From the NCBI GenBank assembly GCA_043228905.1, contig JBHGNT010000021.1, positions 8,990,001 to 9,054,000 of the forward strand: a stretch of DNA of 64,000 nucleotides, written 5' to 3'. The notes below the pieces were generated by a model. It did not search any database. It saw only the letters and a list, made by a program, of their open reading frames with translations, and was not told the DNA's origin. The position numbers and the translations under genes are program-made. Shown here in pieces: positions 41,501 to 54,305 of this stretch; positions within the stretch are counted from its first letter, which is position 1, and every line of letters begins with the position of its first letter. This DNA is from Azolla caroliniana. Taxonomy: Eukaryota; Plantae; Polypodiophyta.

Positions 41501-44500
41501 AGTGGTGCTTGCGGCGAAAACCTTTTTCAAGTTCCCCCAAGCATCCTTCGGTGTCTTGGCGTCACGGATGTGGCTGAGCAGCTGATCGCCGACACTGGAC
41601 GCGAAGCAGTACATCACCCTGCTTGCCGCTTGTTCCCATACCGGGAAGTCCTTGTGTGCCGAGTCTGGCGCCGCATCATTCGCTCCTTCGACATAACTCC
41701 AGTACCCGTGTCCAAGCAGGTACTGGTGCATCTTGTAAGACCAGGATGCGTAGTTGCTCCTGTCGAGCTTCTCCACCGGGAGCGACGTAGCCATGCCTCT
41801 ATCCATGCTTTCTACTGTGTCTGTTCTCGACCTGTTAGGGTTTTCTTCTCAAGAGTAAATGTATGCAGCAGAGGTTCTCAACCCTCGCGCTCTGATACCA
41901 TGTGAACATAAGTGTTTGCGGAAGCGTAAAACAGAGAACAACAGAGAGAGCGAGAGAGAGAGACAGAGAGAGAGACAGAGAGAGCAGAACGCAATTTCAA
42001 AATTATATAAAGACTCTGTGTATCACATTGTGCTAAGTAGCATTATTTATACAAGTTCTCTTGGGACTGACAGAAGTACCATGTACTTCAATGCTCACAC
42101 GAGCATCTGACACTTACTACGAGACTATAGATACCTAGTAGTCTATCCTATTCTAGGCTTCCGATTGGACTGCCGGTTACGGATTGCTCCCGGCCTCCAC
42201 TGCTTGCCGGTTCGGTTGCTCACCGTCATACCGATCTGTTTCGCCCGATCCATCTCCTTACCGGCTCCGGCTTATTCAATCGATCCAGCTCCGGTTGAGC
42301 TTGCCGCTCAACAAAAACAAGCATTCGAACAACGCCGTTCTGGTTAGCATTCGGATTAGAGGCAGTCATGCCGGTCGAGTTCCAGGTACCGAGCTTATGG
42401 ATCCAGATTCGGGAACGACTTAATGAAAAGGAATTAGAGGCAATTCGGTTAAAGGCTCTGTGTGAACTAGAAGAACACCGACTGGCGAGCATTATGCACC
42501 TGGAATTGGAACAACGGCGACGAAAAGTGTTTGTAGATCGGCACCGGAAGGGAAACGAAAAGATGTTCGAAATCGGCAAGCCGGTACTAGTGTTCCAGAC
42601 CCGGATGGGTAAAATGCCAGGCAAACAACGGTTTAGATGGACCGGACCATACTGGATCACACGCGGGTTCAATGGGTCTTACCAGTTAGGGACACTTGCC
42701 GGCGAGGTGCTGGGTAAATGGGTCAACGGATTTAGACTAAAGCCATACAAAGGACCTATGCCGAAGAACCCATTTGAATGAAGGGCCGACACCGAATCGG
42801 ACGCCGACAGGCCAACCAAGACGGCAACCTGTGAGGAAAACGGCTACCACCAAGCCGGTAAGGAGGAGCACGAGCCGGCAACCGGGGAGAGCAAAACGAC
42901 GGAAAACCGTCAAGAGGACGGCAAGGTGTGCGTTTCGGGTATGGGTCCGACAAGACCGGAGAAAAATTAACCACACAATTAATATTAAAAAAATAATAAA
43001 ATAAAAAAAATAAAAAAAATAAAAAAATTTGAAACGAATCAAAGAAATCATGGAGAGGAGTGGTGGGAACGGTCATGCAAACGAGGAGTAAAGAGGCACT
43101 TCGAAAAGGTATGAGGAGGCTATGAATAGGGCATTAAACCACTGCCACATGGCACGTAATGCTATTATAGTACACGACCTACACACGCGTAGGCTCGAAA
43201 AAGGCGCCAAGATGCAGAGAGAAAAACCCCCACGCATTGAGACCTTCTGCTTTCGCGAACCAAGGAGAACAGACGTACACAGACGTGTGAAGATCAATCG
43301 AAGAGAGCTCACGCATAGAGAACCCCCTCACTCAAAACTTTCTCTCTCACACTCTCTCCACCATCAAACCTCGCCAACGCTCTCCGACCTCGACGCAGAG
43401 ATGGACTGTCAAACACTGTCTGAAGCCGCCAAGAAATGGCTACGACAACACGGACTGGAGGGTTTCTTGACGATCATGGAGGTGGCGCCACACAAGGAGG
43501 CTGAAAAGATTATCAAGGACATTGACACCGAGCTGATCACGGAGGAAGCAATCCGGGCACTAACAGGCCTTCCGGAGGGGGGCATCTACATGATCGACAA
43601 TCCTACCTCCGAGCAGCTCATCAAATATTTCGGTGAGTATTCTCTCACCAGCAAGGGCTACATGACACAAGGTGGCGAAGATATGTTATTCCGCGAAATT
43701 GCCCGTGTACTCCATGAGTTCGGCCACGTATACCCTCGACCCCTCGTTATGCCTCAAAACCGAGAAGGCTTGATTATTGCAACGTACGAAGGGGTCAAGG
43801 TGGATTGGCCGGTGCTGATCGCCAACAGATTGTGCGCGACTATTGATACCGTAAGATGTAAGGACGACAAGGAAGGCAAAGAAGGTCGGAAAATATGGCA
43901 TGCGGTGACGCAATGGCTCACCCTATTGGCGCCACCTATCGAGCCCATCCAGACCAAGAAACGGGGAAGAGCAATGGACGACACCCCGAAACCTGCTTCA
44001 AAACGGCAATAGCTGTTGGCCTCCAAGGCCACTAAGGGGAAGACGGCTGACGCAGAGAAGGCGGCAAAGGAGCGCGCCAGCCGGAAGTGGCCAACGAACA
44101 CGCATGAGGAGACACCGACACGACCCCTGAAGAGCCCACTCCACCGACTGGTGCAGCACGAAATGGACACCCTGGCGGCAAGAATGAATGACGGGACTCA
44201 GGAGGAGGAAATAGAGGAAGAGCCTACGGATCACCTCCAGCGGCGGTCGGTGAAGAGGACCGCAGAATCAGTCGGGAAGCGTTCGGACCCACAGAAGGAT
44301 GGAACGCCCGCAACCCACACTGAGAATCTCACGCCAAGGGAGGCACCGGAACCGGTTCGGATGGAACCGGTCACAAAAGTCCCTGCACAACAGGTAGCAC
44401 CGGCAAGCCCCATAACTCAAGAGCCAGTTATACAAATGCAAACCTCCTCAGCTGGCCAAGAACAAGCAGATAAGGAGCGGCCAACCGACACACACCCAGA

Positions 44501-45159
44501 ACCAGAACGACAAAGTGGCCAGCAGGCAGAACCAGAATTGCAGCTCGACGCAATTAGGCGGGACCGGCCACTTACAAGCGAACCCATCAGCCAACCCTCC
44601 GCGCAAGCGCACCAACAGTGCACCGGTAGCCAATGGCTCCGGTGGATAGGAGAACAAATTGCCGGAGTAGTCGGATACATAGAGGCGGAAGAACGAGCAC
44701 AGATGGAACGGTTGCTAGTCACAACCGATGAACTAGAGACGGCCCGGTCAAGGATCCGGTGCCTCGAACAAGACTTGGATTGGGTCACAGAAGACATGGC
44801 CAAAATGGCCTTAACCGCAACACAGATCCTTAACCGAATTCACACTCTGGTCTCGACATCCTTAAGCCTTCTTGCCGGCCGGGTAACAATACAAGTACCG
44901 TTAGTACTTGAATCCTTAAAAATGAGCCTAACACTAATTCTGGGTACAATATTCCTATTTATTATACTAGGAATTTAGTCTACTAACGGCCTACCTGAGT
45001 CCCTCAACACATGACTCTCAACTGTTGGTTCTAGTGCTGATTTGGGTCTCCTCGATCCGTCTTCAACCGACTCGGTTCTCGACTTCTTCAGCCGATCGAC
45101 CCAAGTTGATCTTGCTCGCTTGACATGTTTCATGTTCTCACTAAGCACGTTGAGGTGCA

Positions 45160-46270
45160 TTTTATCACTTCTGTGTGAACGGGTGCTCAGTAGGGAAGTC
45201 CAACTTCGCTATGTTTGGACGGATTGACAGGTTGTCGACATTTTCACCAAGGCACTCAGAACCAATGTTGCAACATTTCTTGGAGATGCTTGGGTTGTAG
45301 CATCTCGACCTGTTGCACTTGAGGGGGAAAACCGTAACCGGAACAGAAATCCAGAAAATAGGTAATGGCACTAGACAAGGAGCCGGAGAGAAGGAAACAA
45401 CCAAAATAGGGGGAGAAAAGGATGAAAATGAAGTCAAATCCGAACAAGTCAGATCAAGTGACAACGGTGGTAGAGTCAAGAAGGACAGAGCAGACCGAAA
45501 GAAGAAGGCCAAGACACCGCCGTGGTTTGATGTTGTAAAGGGCCTCAAGACCGGGGATGAGGCGGAGACAACCAACTCGGACAAGAGTGAGAATGAATCG
45601 GAGATAGCCGAATCTATCGAGATGTTCGATTCAGACGAGCCAAATCATTTGGAGGCCAAGCGGACAAGAAGGTAGCATAAGTCAACACCGACACAGAGGA
45701 CCCAACGGGTTGACAAGTGCCAAAGTCACAATAGCGAAGGAGCTGAGATGGGCCTTATGAGCAGACCAGCTAATTAAGAAGGTCAAGGAGCACAGAACTG
45801 GATGGGTTGTGGGAAGTAGGACCGGACAGGACAAGGAGCGTGACCAAGGCGAGAAGACACTAGGAGGAGCTAGAGGAAAGGACTGGCAGACACTGACACC
45901 ACAATCCGAACTTAAGTTGAGCTTGAGGGAGAGTGTTGAGGGGACAAGCTCAACCGGATCGGGATGGGCTAAATAAGCCAGAGCCGGGTCGGTATTCGAA
46001 ACAAAGAACCAGATAGGTATCTGGAACCGAGAGCCAGATCGGATTATAACCGATAGGCTGTTAGAGGCCTACGGCCTTCGACTAGTACATAGGCATATTT
46101 CTTGGAATTAGTGTCAATCGCTCATATGAGCATTGAAGTAATTGTCAATACTTCTGTCAGTCCTTTCTAGACATGTATAAAAGTGCTCATTGGGCACATT
46201 GTAAGTATAGAGAGTATTATTTTTAAAATTGAGTTTATGTTGTTCTGCTCTCTCTGTCTCTCCCATGTAC
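45160..46270 (+). mobile_element. diverged copia (D-related) 3' remnant: RNase H end, tail, PPT, LTR from 45934
   Basis: ERVLSREVQLRYV, VDIFTK, HLRGK; PPT TTGAGGGAGAG then TGTTGAG; LTR resembles the reverse complement of the D LTR. A short opposite-strand copia fragment lies at about 44890-45160. Confidence 0.7.
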
Positions 46271-46993
46271 ACTGTATGTTCCAAGCTCTCCATTAAACCT
46301 GTGTTTGTTTTCTGTTGGTATCCGGTGAAGCTGGCTCTGTCTACAAGCTTTCACATGCTATCCTACAAGAAGAAAAGGAAAAGGAATCCCCTAAGGGGAT
46401 CATGAAAAGAGGTTTGAGATTGACTTGGTGGGGCGAGGCAGATACCCAAGCTCCATGGGACTCAGGTGTATGTGTTGTCCCTAGGCAGTCCCAACTAGGA
46501 CACAATCTCAATCTGAATTGGGACTCACCAAGGGGCCTAATCCTAGTTGTAAAGAAGGTGCCACCTTGGGTTAGGACAACCCAATAGTAATTGGTAGTCC
46601 TAGGTGATGTAGGAAATGTATAAGAGTAAATAAGGTAAAATAGGAATATCAAAGAGACTAAATGATATATTGAGGGTGTGGAATGAAGGACAAGTAACGT
46701 GTTGTATTTAAAAACAATAAAAAAACATTTTTCTTAGCTCAATTAATAAAGGCTCATAAGATGAGTGAGAGGGGAAAAGTATAGCATGTAATTGGGAAAG
46801 AAAAAGGATGGAGCATGCTAAAATAAAAAGTAGCCACTAACTTTATTATGGAGAGAGCCTCATAAATCCTATCAAATGGAGGATGAGAGCTCATTGTTTG
46901 GGAAAAATGAAGGATATAAAGGATTGGAGGGAGTTTGGACTACCCTTTGAAAAATGAAGATGGTCTTACTATGGATTGGGAAGCCTTGACAAG

Positions 46994-49631
46994 TGTTACG
47001 AATGGGGTAGTGGGCCAACTTTATATACCATAGCACCCCAATTGAACAAATATAGATAACAAAAATGTACTACAAGTGGTAACATGGCCAATAAATTGTC
47101 AGGAGTAGTACTAGAGACAGAGAGGATTAGTACTAGAGATAGAGTAAGATATTGAGAGAGTATAATCAGAATTTGTACTAGAGGTCGAGAGAAGGGAGAG
47201 AGACTGTGAGAGAATCACGAAAGAGAGAGAGAAGGAAAGAGACAGATGATTGTGGAAGAGAGAAGTATGACAACAAAGAAGAATATTATATGAAAAGAGT
47301 ACAAGGATAGCTAAGAGGTTTAAGACTGGCGTTGAATCGAATTGGTTCTAAATAATTCCATATGCCTCTATTTATAGTGTTATCAAGAGTATTCCTAAAC
47401 TTTCTAGAATGTTCTAGAGAAATTTAGAATATACATGAATTTTCTATAATGAAATAACAAATGAAAATAATATTTTTTGTATTACAATTGTTATTCTAAT
47501 GCTATGGCCTCAACCCATGTAACATAAGATCACGGGTTCAATTCCTTTTGGGGCCATATCATGACACTATCCTCTCCTTCAAACGACAAGTTTTATGAGT
47601 TGTCTTTGATTGAGGACCTGGTTTATCTAGATATCGCTGGTGGAAATATTCAATTAGGGCTCAAGCATTTGCCACATTCTCCACTAGTTTCCAAGTATGA
47701 TTGCTTGGATTATATCCCAAGCAATCCACAAAATAGGAGTGTTTGTTGTGAACAATCTTGGAATAGAGGATGGTAGCAACTTCGTACTTAAGTCCATCTA
47801 CAAGTTTGATCAGGGGTTTATCTAGATATCGCTGGTGGAAATATTCAATTAGGGCTCAAGCATTTGCCACATTCTCCACTAGTTTCCAAGTATGATTGCT
47901 TGGATTATATCCCAAGCAATCCACGAAATAGGAGTGTTTGTTGTGAACAATCTTGGAATAGAGGATGGTAGCAACTTCGTACTTAGGTCCATCTACAAGT
48001 TTGATCAGGGGTGGAGGTGGTGTAGTACGATTTGGAATAGAGCTTTTTTGACATGGTTCTAGGAGAGAACTATGAAATGCTGGATGTATTCGTAATTGTG
48101 AAGGTAGATCCAAGCGAAAAGGGATATCATTGATTTTTCCGTTAATGGTAAAAGGGCCTAACCTTTGATAATCCAATTTGGCACATGGTCGGGTTGTCTT
48201 TATGTGATGTCGTAATAGCCATACTTGATCTCCAATATCAAAATAGGATGGAAGACGATGACAATCTACATGGTCATTCTATGTTTGTTGAGCTTAATGT
48301 AGATGGTTAGAAAGTTCTACCTGAATCTTTTGTAGCCGCTCCAAATGATCTTGTGCACTAGGATTTGTGGGTAATTCGGGAGTTTCCAATAAATACTAGT
48401 GAGTATGATAGCTTGTATACGGATAGAATGATGTAACCCTAGTAGAGGAATGGATAGAATTATTATATGCAAATTCGGCAAAGTGTAAAATTTCCGCCCA
48501 ATCATCTTGTTGATAGCTTATGAAACACCAAAGGTACTGCTCCAACGTTTGATTTGTACGTTTTGCTTGTCCATTCGTTTGGGGGCAGTAGATGGAGGAG
48601 AGGTTATAGGTGACCTTGAACATTGTGAAGAGATGCTTCCAAAGTTTAGATATAAATTGAGGTTCGCGATAACTGATGATGTTGTCGGGAAGACCATGGT
48701 GTCGAAAAACTCTACGCATAATGATGTTTACGGTGTCTTTACTAGTAATCTCCTTCGTGCCGGGAAAGAAATGTGCCATCTTAGTATATCGACCAATCAT
48801 TGTTAAGATAGCGTTGAACCCCTTAGAATTCGGAAGATCTGTAATAAAATCCAAAGAAATAGATTGCTATGGTTTGCTTGGAATCGGTAATGGCTCTAAT
48901 AAACCATATGGATAATGTAGGGGCATTTTTGCTCTATAGCATGTATCACATGTCCGAACATAGTCTTCGACAAATTTACACATATGGGGCCACCAAAATG
49001 ATCGGGTTAAGTACTACCAAAATGTCCAACCGTATATGTATCATGGCAATTTTGTACGATTCAAAGGCAGGATGAACCATTGGGAACATACAAAAGATTT
49101 TTAAAGAAGAGTAATCCATCATGCCATTTGAATTATCGATAATCCGTACCTGATTTTTGTAACCGTGAGCAGGATGCACGAGTGCAATCAATCTAATCTG
49201 AGACATCTTGAGCAAAGACATTTGCCTTTAGATCTTGATGGATTGTATCAATAATGATGGTATCCAATGGAGTATCAAAAACCGAAGTTGCTTGAAGCCA
49301 CTACAGGACCCAAGATTACCTGCTTTTCATTATTGAACGTGAGATCACTAGGATGAGGTGCTAGATACAAGCGTCATGATAATGCATGTGCCTTCCCTTG
49401 TTGCTTGCTGAGACAAAATGAAATCGTCAAGTTGAAATGAGTGAGAAATTGGGCCCATCGAACTTGTCGTTTGTTTAATACACGAGCATTTTGGAAATCG
49501 GCGAGGTTCTTATAATCATTGAATGCAGTGGTTTGATGAGGAGATCCTTCTAGAAAATGTCTCCATTGTGGAAAGGAATCCACTATAGCTAATAATTCCT
49601 TGTCAGGTACTGCATAGTTGATTTTGGTTGT
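46994..49631 (-). mobile_element. decayed chromovirus-type Ty3/gypsy element: RNase H, integrase, chromodomain, probable 3' LTR (46994-47566)
   Basis: NYAVPDKELLAIV RNase H, SLDFITDLP and PQTNGQAKRTN integrase, GPF motif, chromodomain YEVATILYSKIVHNKHSYFVDCLGYNPSNHTW; PPT GAAGGAGAGGATAG before TGTCAT at 47566. Left LTR edge is uncertain. Confidence 0.8.
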
Positions 49632-49668
49632 AACACCGGGTCATTTCAAACAGGTAATATGTCGTATT
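49632..49668 (+). repeat. left terminal inverted repeat
   Basis: AACACCGGGTCATTTCAAACAGGTAATATGTCGTATT. Confidence 0.95.
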
Positions 49669-50394
49669 CTCTTTTGGCATAGTTGGCCAGATGTAGAAAA
49701 GTACCCTATTTTAGCCCGATATCGAAAATATACGATGCATGCGTACCCCTTTTGCGACTTGATGGTTAAATATAGAACAAAAAAAACCTAGCAATTACTA
49801 AATTGTATATGTGTCCACATTCGTGTCAATTTGCATATCATGGAGCACAATTGAAGACTTGGTTCAATATAAAGTTCTAAAATTGGTATCCATATTAAAA
49901 TTGTAGAGTAAAACTACATAAACCGTAATTATAAATATGTGGTTTTGGGTTTAGGAATAAAGTAGTACCCCACTTGTTGGACGGGTATATTGATAGTTTC
50001 ATTGTATAATGTCATATAGTTCATGACAATGTAATTGGTAAGAGTAACAACTACGTACGACATTCATTTATACTATGTGGAACCAGTAGACTTGAACCGT
50101 AGGTAACTAAAAACCTCTTATTATCAAAAACATTCGCCTTTTCATATACAGTCATGCTAACGGAAATGAGAAATTACAATATCATGTTAATATCTCAAAC
50201 TGAAGAAGAGCATGGTGACCAATTATATGTAAATACAAACTACGGTTCCAATAATGATTAAAAAGGGAAATTATGAACAAGTGAATTTAATTAAACGATA
50301 AACAATTACAGATGTTCTCATATACAAATATAATATGAAGTGATGGTGAACATTATGCCTCAAAATCCTCAATTTTTACATTACGCCATCTACA

Positions 50395-53300
50395 TCAATC
50401 TATAAGCAAATCAAGCAGAGTAGGCTCCTCTGGCGCTAATTGTTCTAGACTGTTTTCATTCCTGTCATCTCCAAGCTCTCCCGAATCTGATGTATGGTCA
50501 AATTGTGCTACATCTTCCATGTCCACCAACTCCCCTACTTCTTCATCAATTGGTTCCATTGGTTCTCGTGAAGTCATCTGGAACATCTCTGTCTCGTTGA
50601 TGTGTTTTGCTCCGACTTCTTGATCCTGATCTGGACAGTCCCAGATTCCTGTGATCCTCATTTTGATGAAGTTAACTTGAGCAGGGTCCTTCTCCAATGC
50701 AACACAGTTTCTAAACATCTTCAATGCACAAGCTGTCGTTGTACCTAATGGTCGCATGAACACAAACAAGTATATATAAGAAGTAACGTCTTAAACTTGA
50801 TCGACATGATTGAAATTAAATATATATATTATACCTGTGCCAGAGAACAAGTCTAGGACCCAATCATCTAGATTCGAGAAGAGCTCTATGAGGCGGTTGA
50901 TCAATCTTTGAGGTTTTTGATAAGGGTTCACCATACTTTTATCCCCTGACACATGTCTTAATTTTTTGGTTACAACTGGGCACATGATGTAGTTAACCAC
51001 GTTATGCTCATTGACATGTGCTCTAGCCTTCTTCTTTGTAATTGAATCATAGTAGCCCACACAAAAATGTTTGACCGCACTAACCATTCGATCGCCAGGG
51101 CTACGTGTAATATTTGTTTTGATCCTATAGAGAAAGAAAATCAAGTATTAGAGGTGTAAATGTGTACATATAATAAGAAGTACTGTAATGAGTAAAAGCG
51201 AACTATAATGCACCAATGCATGTGTTCAGTGGCATGACAACAGGACTTCAAAGCTGTTGTGACTTACAGTGATTGCCCCATGCTATGAAATATGACTATC
51301 CTCCACAAGGGGGCCAATGTCAGTTCTGCGAAATCCTTTACCATTTTCTCGATCTGAGGGTACTTGAAAGGCACATCATCATATGTTGATCCCGGAATAC
51401 GGAAACCATATGGTATGTCAGCTATCAGCAAAGTGTAGTGCCTTCTCGGTAACAGTTCGAGCATCTGGGATACTTCGCCATTGAAAACACTATAATGAAG
51501 CTGTTTGAAAGGATCAGACCTATGCAAAAAACTCTTTACAGTCTCCGAATCCTCGGGCAGTTCCATTTCCTTCCCTTTGGTCATTCTCTTCTCATATTTC
51601 GCACGTTCTAAGTGCGTGATGAAGGCCGCTGGAATACCGTCATTATTGTCGTTGTTCTTTTTTGATTTTGATGGTTTCTGCAAGTGTCATTGTTGTTAGT
51701 AGGGAACATTAGTTTCTAACATATCAACATTCAAAAGACACATACCCATTCTCTAAATACAATAAAATATTCCTCCAATGCCTTGTAGGAAGAAGTTATC
51801 GGGCAGGCTTGTTCAACTTCTTCCCATGTCGGTAAACTCAGTTTTTGCATCATCAACTCCTGAATCTTCATGTATACCTTGTGATTGCACAATCAATATG
51901 AAATTAGAAATAAGATATTCAAAATAATTGAAGACTTTCATGAAAAGGTATACTATAAACACTTACTTTTGCAAGTCTGTTACCATCTCGTCCAAACTAA
52001 ATTCCTTGGCGACCACTCGAGATAGCACGGATATTAACAATCTATCATCTTTGATACCTTATAATGATCTCCAAGGTAAAAGTTTCATGTCCTCTGCTAA
52101 CTCCTCGATTACCAAGTCGCTTTTTCCCTTGGTCTTTGATTTCATCTCAACTTGTGGATCAATTCTTCCCTTTTTTGATCTTTGCCCCTTGACTTCTTTC
52201 CGCTCCCACATAGAGAATATTTTGTCTTGGAGATCCCACACCTCTCCGGTCCGAAAAGCCAGTTGAAACCAAGAATCATATTTTCGGAGACCTTCGGATT
52301 TGGTACTCTCATCCACTGCAATCCCTACTTCCAATAAACACTAGCGTCGCAATCCAGGCCACAATCTTGGACCAAAACAATTCAAGGCATCCATGTATTC
52401 ATGATGAAAAAATCTTATCCTCTCTATACATGACATCTTTTGCCTATAATCGTTGTCATTGTTATGGTCCCATGCAAGCAGTTTCGCCTCCTCGTGAGTT
52501 AGTCCTGCATATACCTTACATTCGGCGTACTTGAAGAACGACGTGAGAGGATATTCTTTGACAAGCTGTCGTCGAGCTTCGGCCGAATGTGATCCTCCGA
52601 TTACATAGTATGTGTAATTTTCTGCAGAGCTATACTTGAAATCTGCTATTGTTGGGCATTGTTCTTGATCAACCATTTCCAAAAATGGCACCACAGTAGC
52701 GTGAGGATTGATTTTCATTTTGCTTTTCAGGTTTTGCACATGGAAGGAGTGCGGCTCCCTAATTTCCAGGGGATGTCTTCCAGTGACGGGGTCAATGGGG
52801 GGCCTTTGGATAGAAGTAATGGGCAAATGAAATAGCTGGCCCCTGCGCACAAGTTTAGTCTTCACAATATTTTCTCTTATTTTATTTTGTTCTGACGTCA
52901 GGACCCCAGAAGATAGTTGTCCGCCTGGAGCCACAATGTTGACTTGTTGGTCGTCTTCTTCTTCCACGAACTCTAATATTTCTTCTTCTTCCTCTTCGGG
53001 TCGTGGTCGTTTAGTATATTTCTTTTGAACAGGATTTGTCTTCCTAGACTTTTTCGGTGGAGTTTCTGCTTCACCAGTCATCATCTCTCCTGTCACGTAC
53101 GGCCAAAGAGCTACCAACAAGTTATTTTTCGTTTGCAGGTCTTTACGCAAAGCCTTGGGATTGCAAGATTCGGGTACTAGGTTTCCCTCGTCAAGTCGTA
53201 ATCGCCTGTTGCCAACTGAGCTCGAGACGTCGATTAAAATACTTGTAGAGTCAATGTCTTCGTACTCTAGCTTCGTTACATGCCCGTAATTAAATGTTTT

Positions 53301-54008
53301 TCCAAGCTGAAGTTTCCCTTCCCCGTCCGATTTTGCTGTTATCAATAACAACACCCCATCCTCCTCGACATAGGACAGACACCATTCAAGTTCGGGGTAA
53401 TCCTTATATTTCACCTCAACCGTTTTCTCCTCTTGCGTACTACCTTTGTTGATTTTGGTAGTAGCCACAGATGACTTGGATCCTCCTTCCCCCGTTGAGT
53501 CAAATAAAATCTTTTTACTCGTGTCCTTCATGAAGGAGCCAGAATCTCGTTTTGTCGGAGATCGAATCTTCAATCTAAATGAAGGAACTTTTTGTCTGGG
53601 TTCACTGAAATTAAAAACGTTGGTGAAAACATAGAAACAACGTACAATTTTTTCTAAATTACGCAAATTATCATCTAAATTACGTCAATTTTATGGTCCC
53701 ATGCAATAGTTTTTTATCGCAAAAACAACATTTTTTTCAACAAAAATCCGATGCAGTGCATCGGATTTGCGTTGAAAAAAATGTTGTTTTTGCGATAAAA
53801 AACTATCGCATGACTTTCAACCAAAATCCCATGCACTGCATCGGATTTTCGTTGAAGGTCCTGCCTTTCAAAATTGCTTTCCAAGTTCGTTGTACAAAAT
53901 AAAATAAAATTTCTATGTGTTGAGGAAAGGAATCTTTAAGGAATCTTTAGGAATCTTAAAAAATGTAAAGAATATTACTAACCTGACGATTTTCTTTCCC
54001 TTGTTCAT
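50395..54008 (-). pseudogene. spliced ParB-like domain + beta-class N6-adenine/N4-cytosine DNA methyltransferase (~970 aa), three premature stops
   Basis: Exons about 54008-53983, 53604-51967, ~51890-51746, 51677-51214, 51124-50835, 50744-50395. Motifs YYVIGGSHSAEARRQL (ParB-like), LLIADIPYG (motif IV), MHWIKTN, PYQKPQRLINRLI, WVLDLFSGTGTT (motif I, made by splicing), CVALEKD. Stops at 52341, 52059 and 51264. Start codon and the exon-3 acceptor are uncertain. Confidence 0.85.
53700..53812. repeat. near-perfect palindrome (56-bp arms, 1-nt spacer) in intron 1 of the methyltransferase gene
   Basis: Arms 53700-53755 and 53757-53812 with 3 mismatches; a shorter related palindrome follows at about 53815-53856. 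Confidence 0.9.
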
Positions 54009-54305
54009 GATTCGTGCCGGAGGTAGTGCTCTCGACGATGTGCTTATGAGTGCTCGAAAATTGGCCTGTGCTCTGAGCTCGATGGATTCTTTCACGTGAT
54101 AATGAAAATGAAATTTCTAACCTCCTTATATAGAAGACTTTAGCATTCCTTTTAAAATAAAAAATAATTTTTAATTATTTGATTTTTAGAAAAATGTCGG
54201 AAAATAATATAGTTAATCTAAGTGTTTGGGGAGTTATATAGTTAGGCTTTAACATTCCTTAATTTTCTCAAAAGAAGGTTTTAGAATACAATTAGACTCC
54301 CTCAA
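54009..54305. promoter_or_regulatory. putative bidirectional promoter region between the methyltransferase and transposase genes
   Basis: AT-rich spacer of about 300 bp between divergent start codons; CTATATAAGG TATA-like box on the minus strand near 54124-54133. Confidence 0.45.

Larger units (their letters stand above)
32835..42313 (-). mobile_element. Ty1/copia element D, complete, inserted in family-A integrase
   Basis: LTRs 32835-33248 and 41901-42313 with AG microsatellite; TSD AAAAC (32830-32834, 42314-42318); PBS TGGTATCAGAGC; PPT next to 33249; gag 41806 through RNase H ~34000 with stops and frameshifts. Confidence 0.95.
29001..44888. mobile_element. rearranged gypsy family A, copy 2 (minus-strand gag/protease fused to extra-ORF C-terminus; plus-strand RNase H-integrase and extra-ORF N-terminus), split by copia D
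   Basis: 29001-30230 extra-ORF C-terminus (-); 30230-31815 gag knuckles and VIDGGSGINV protease (-); 31819-32834 plus 42314-44827 RNase H/integrase/extra ORF (+); inverted LTR start at 44828-44888. Confidence 0.75.

Noticed and set aside
46316-46990. Segment starting TGGTATC that could be a PBS of another element
   Set aside because: No convincing adjacent LTR end or coding similarity; left unannotated.
47525-47560. GGTTCAATTCC motif resembling a tRNA T-loop
   Set aside because: No supportable cloverleaf; it lies at the edge of an LTR.
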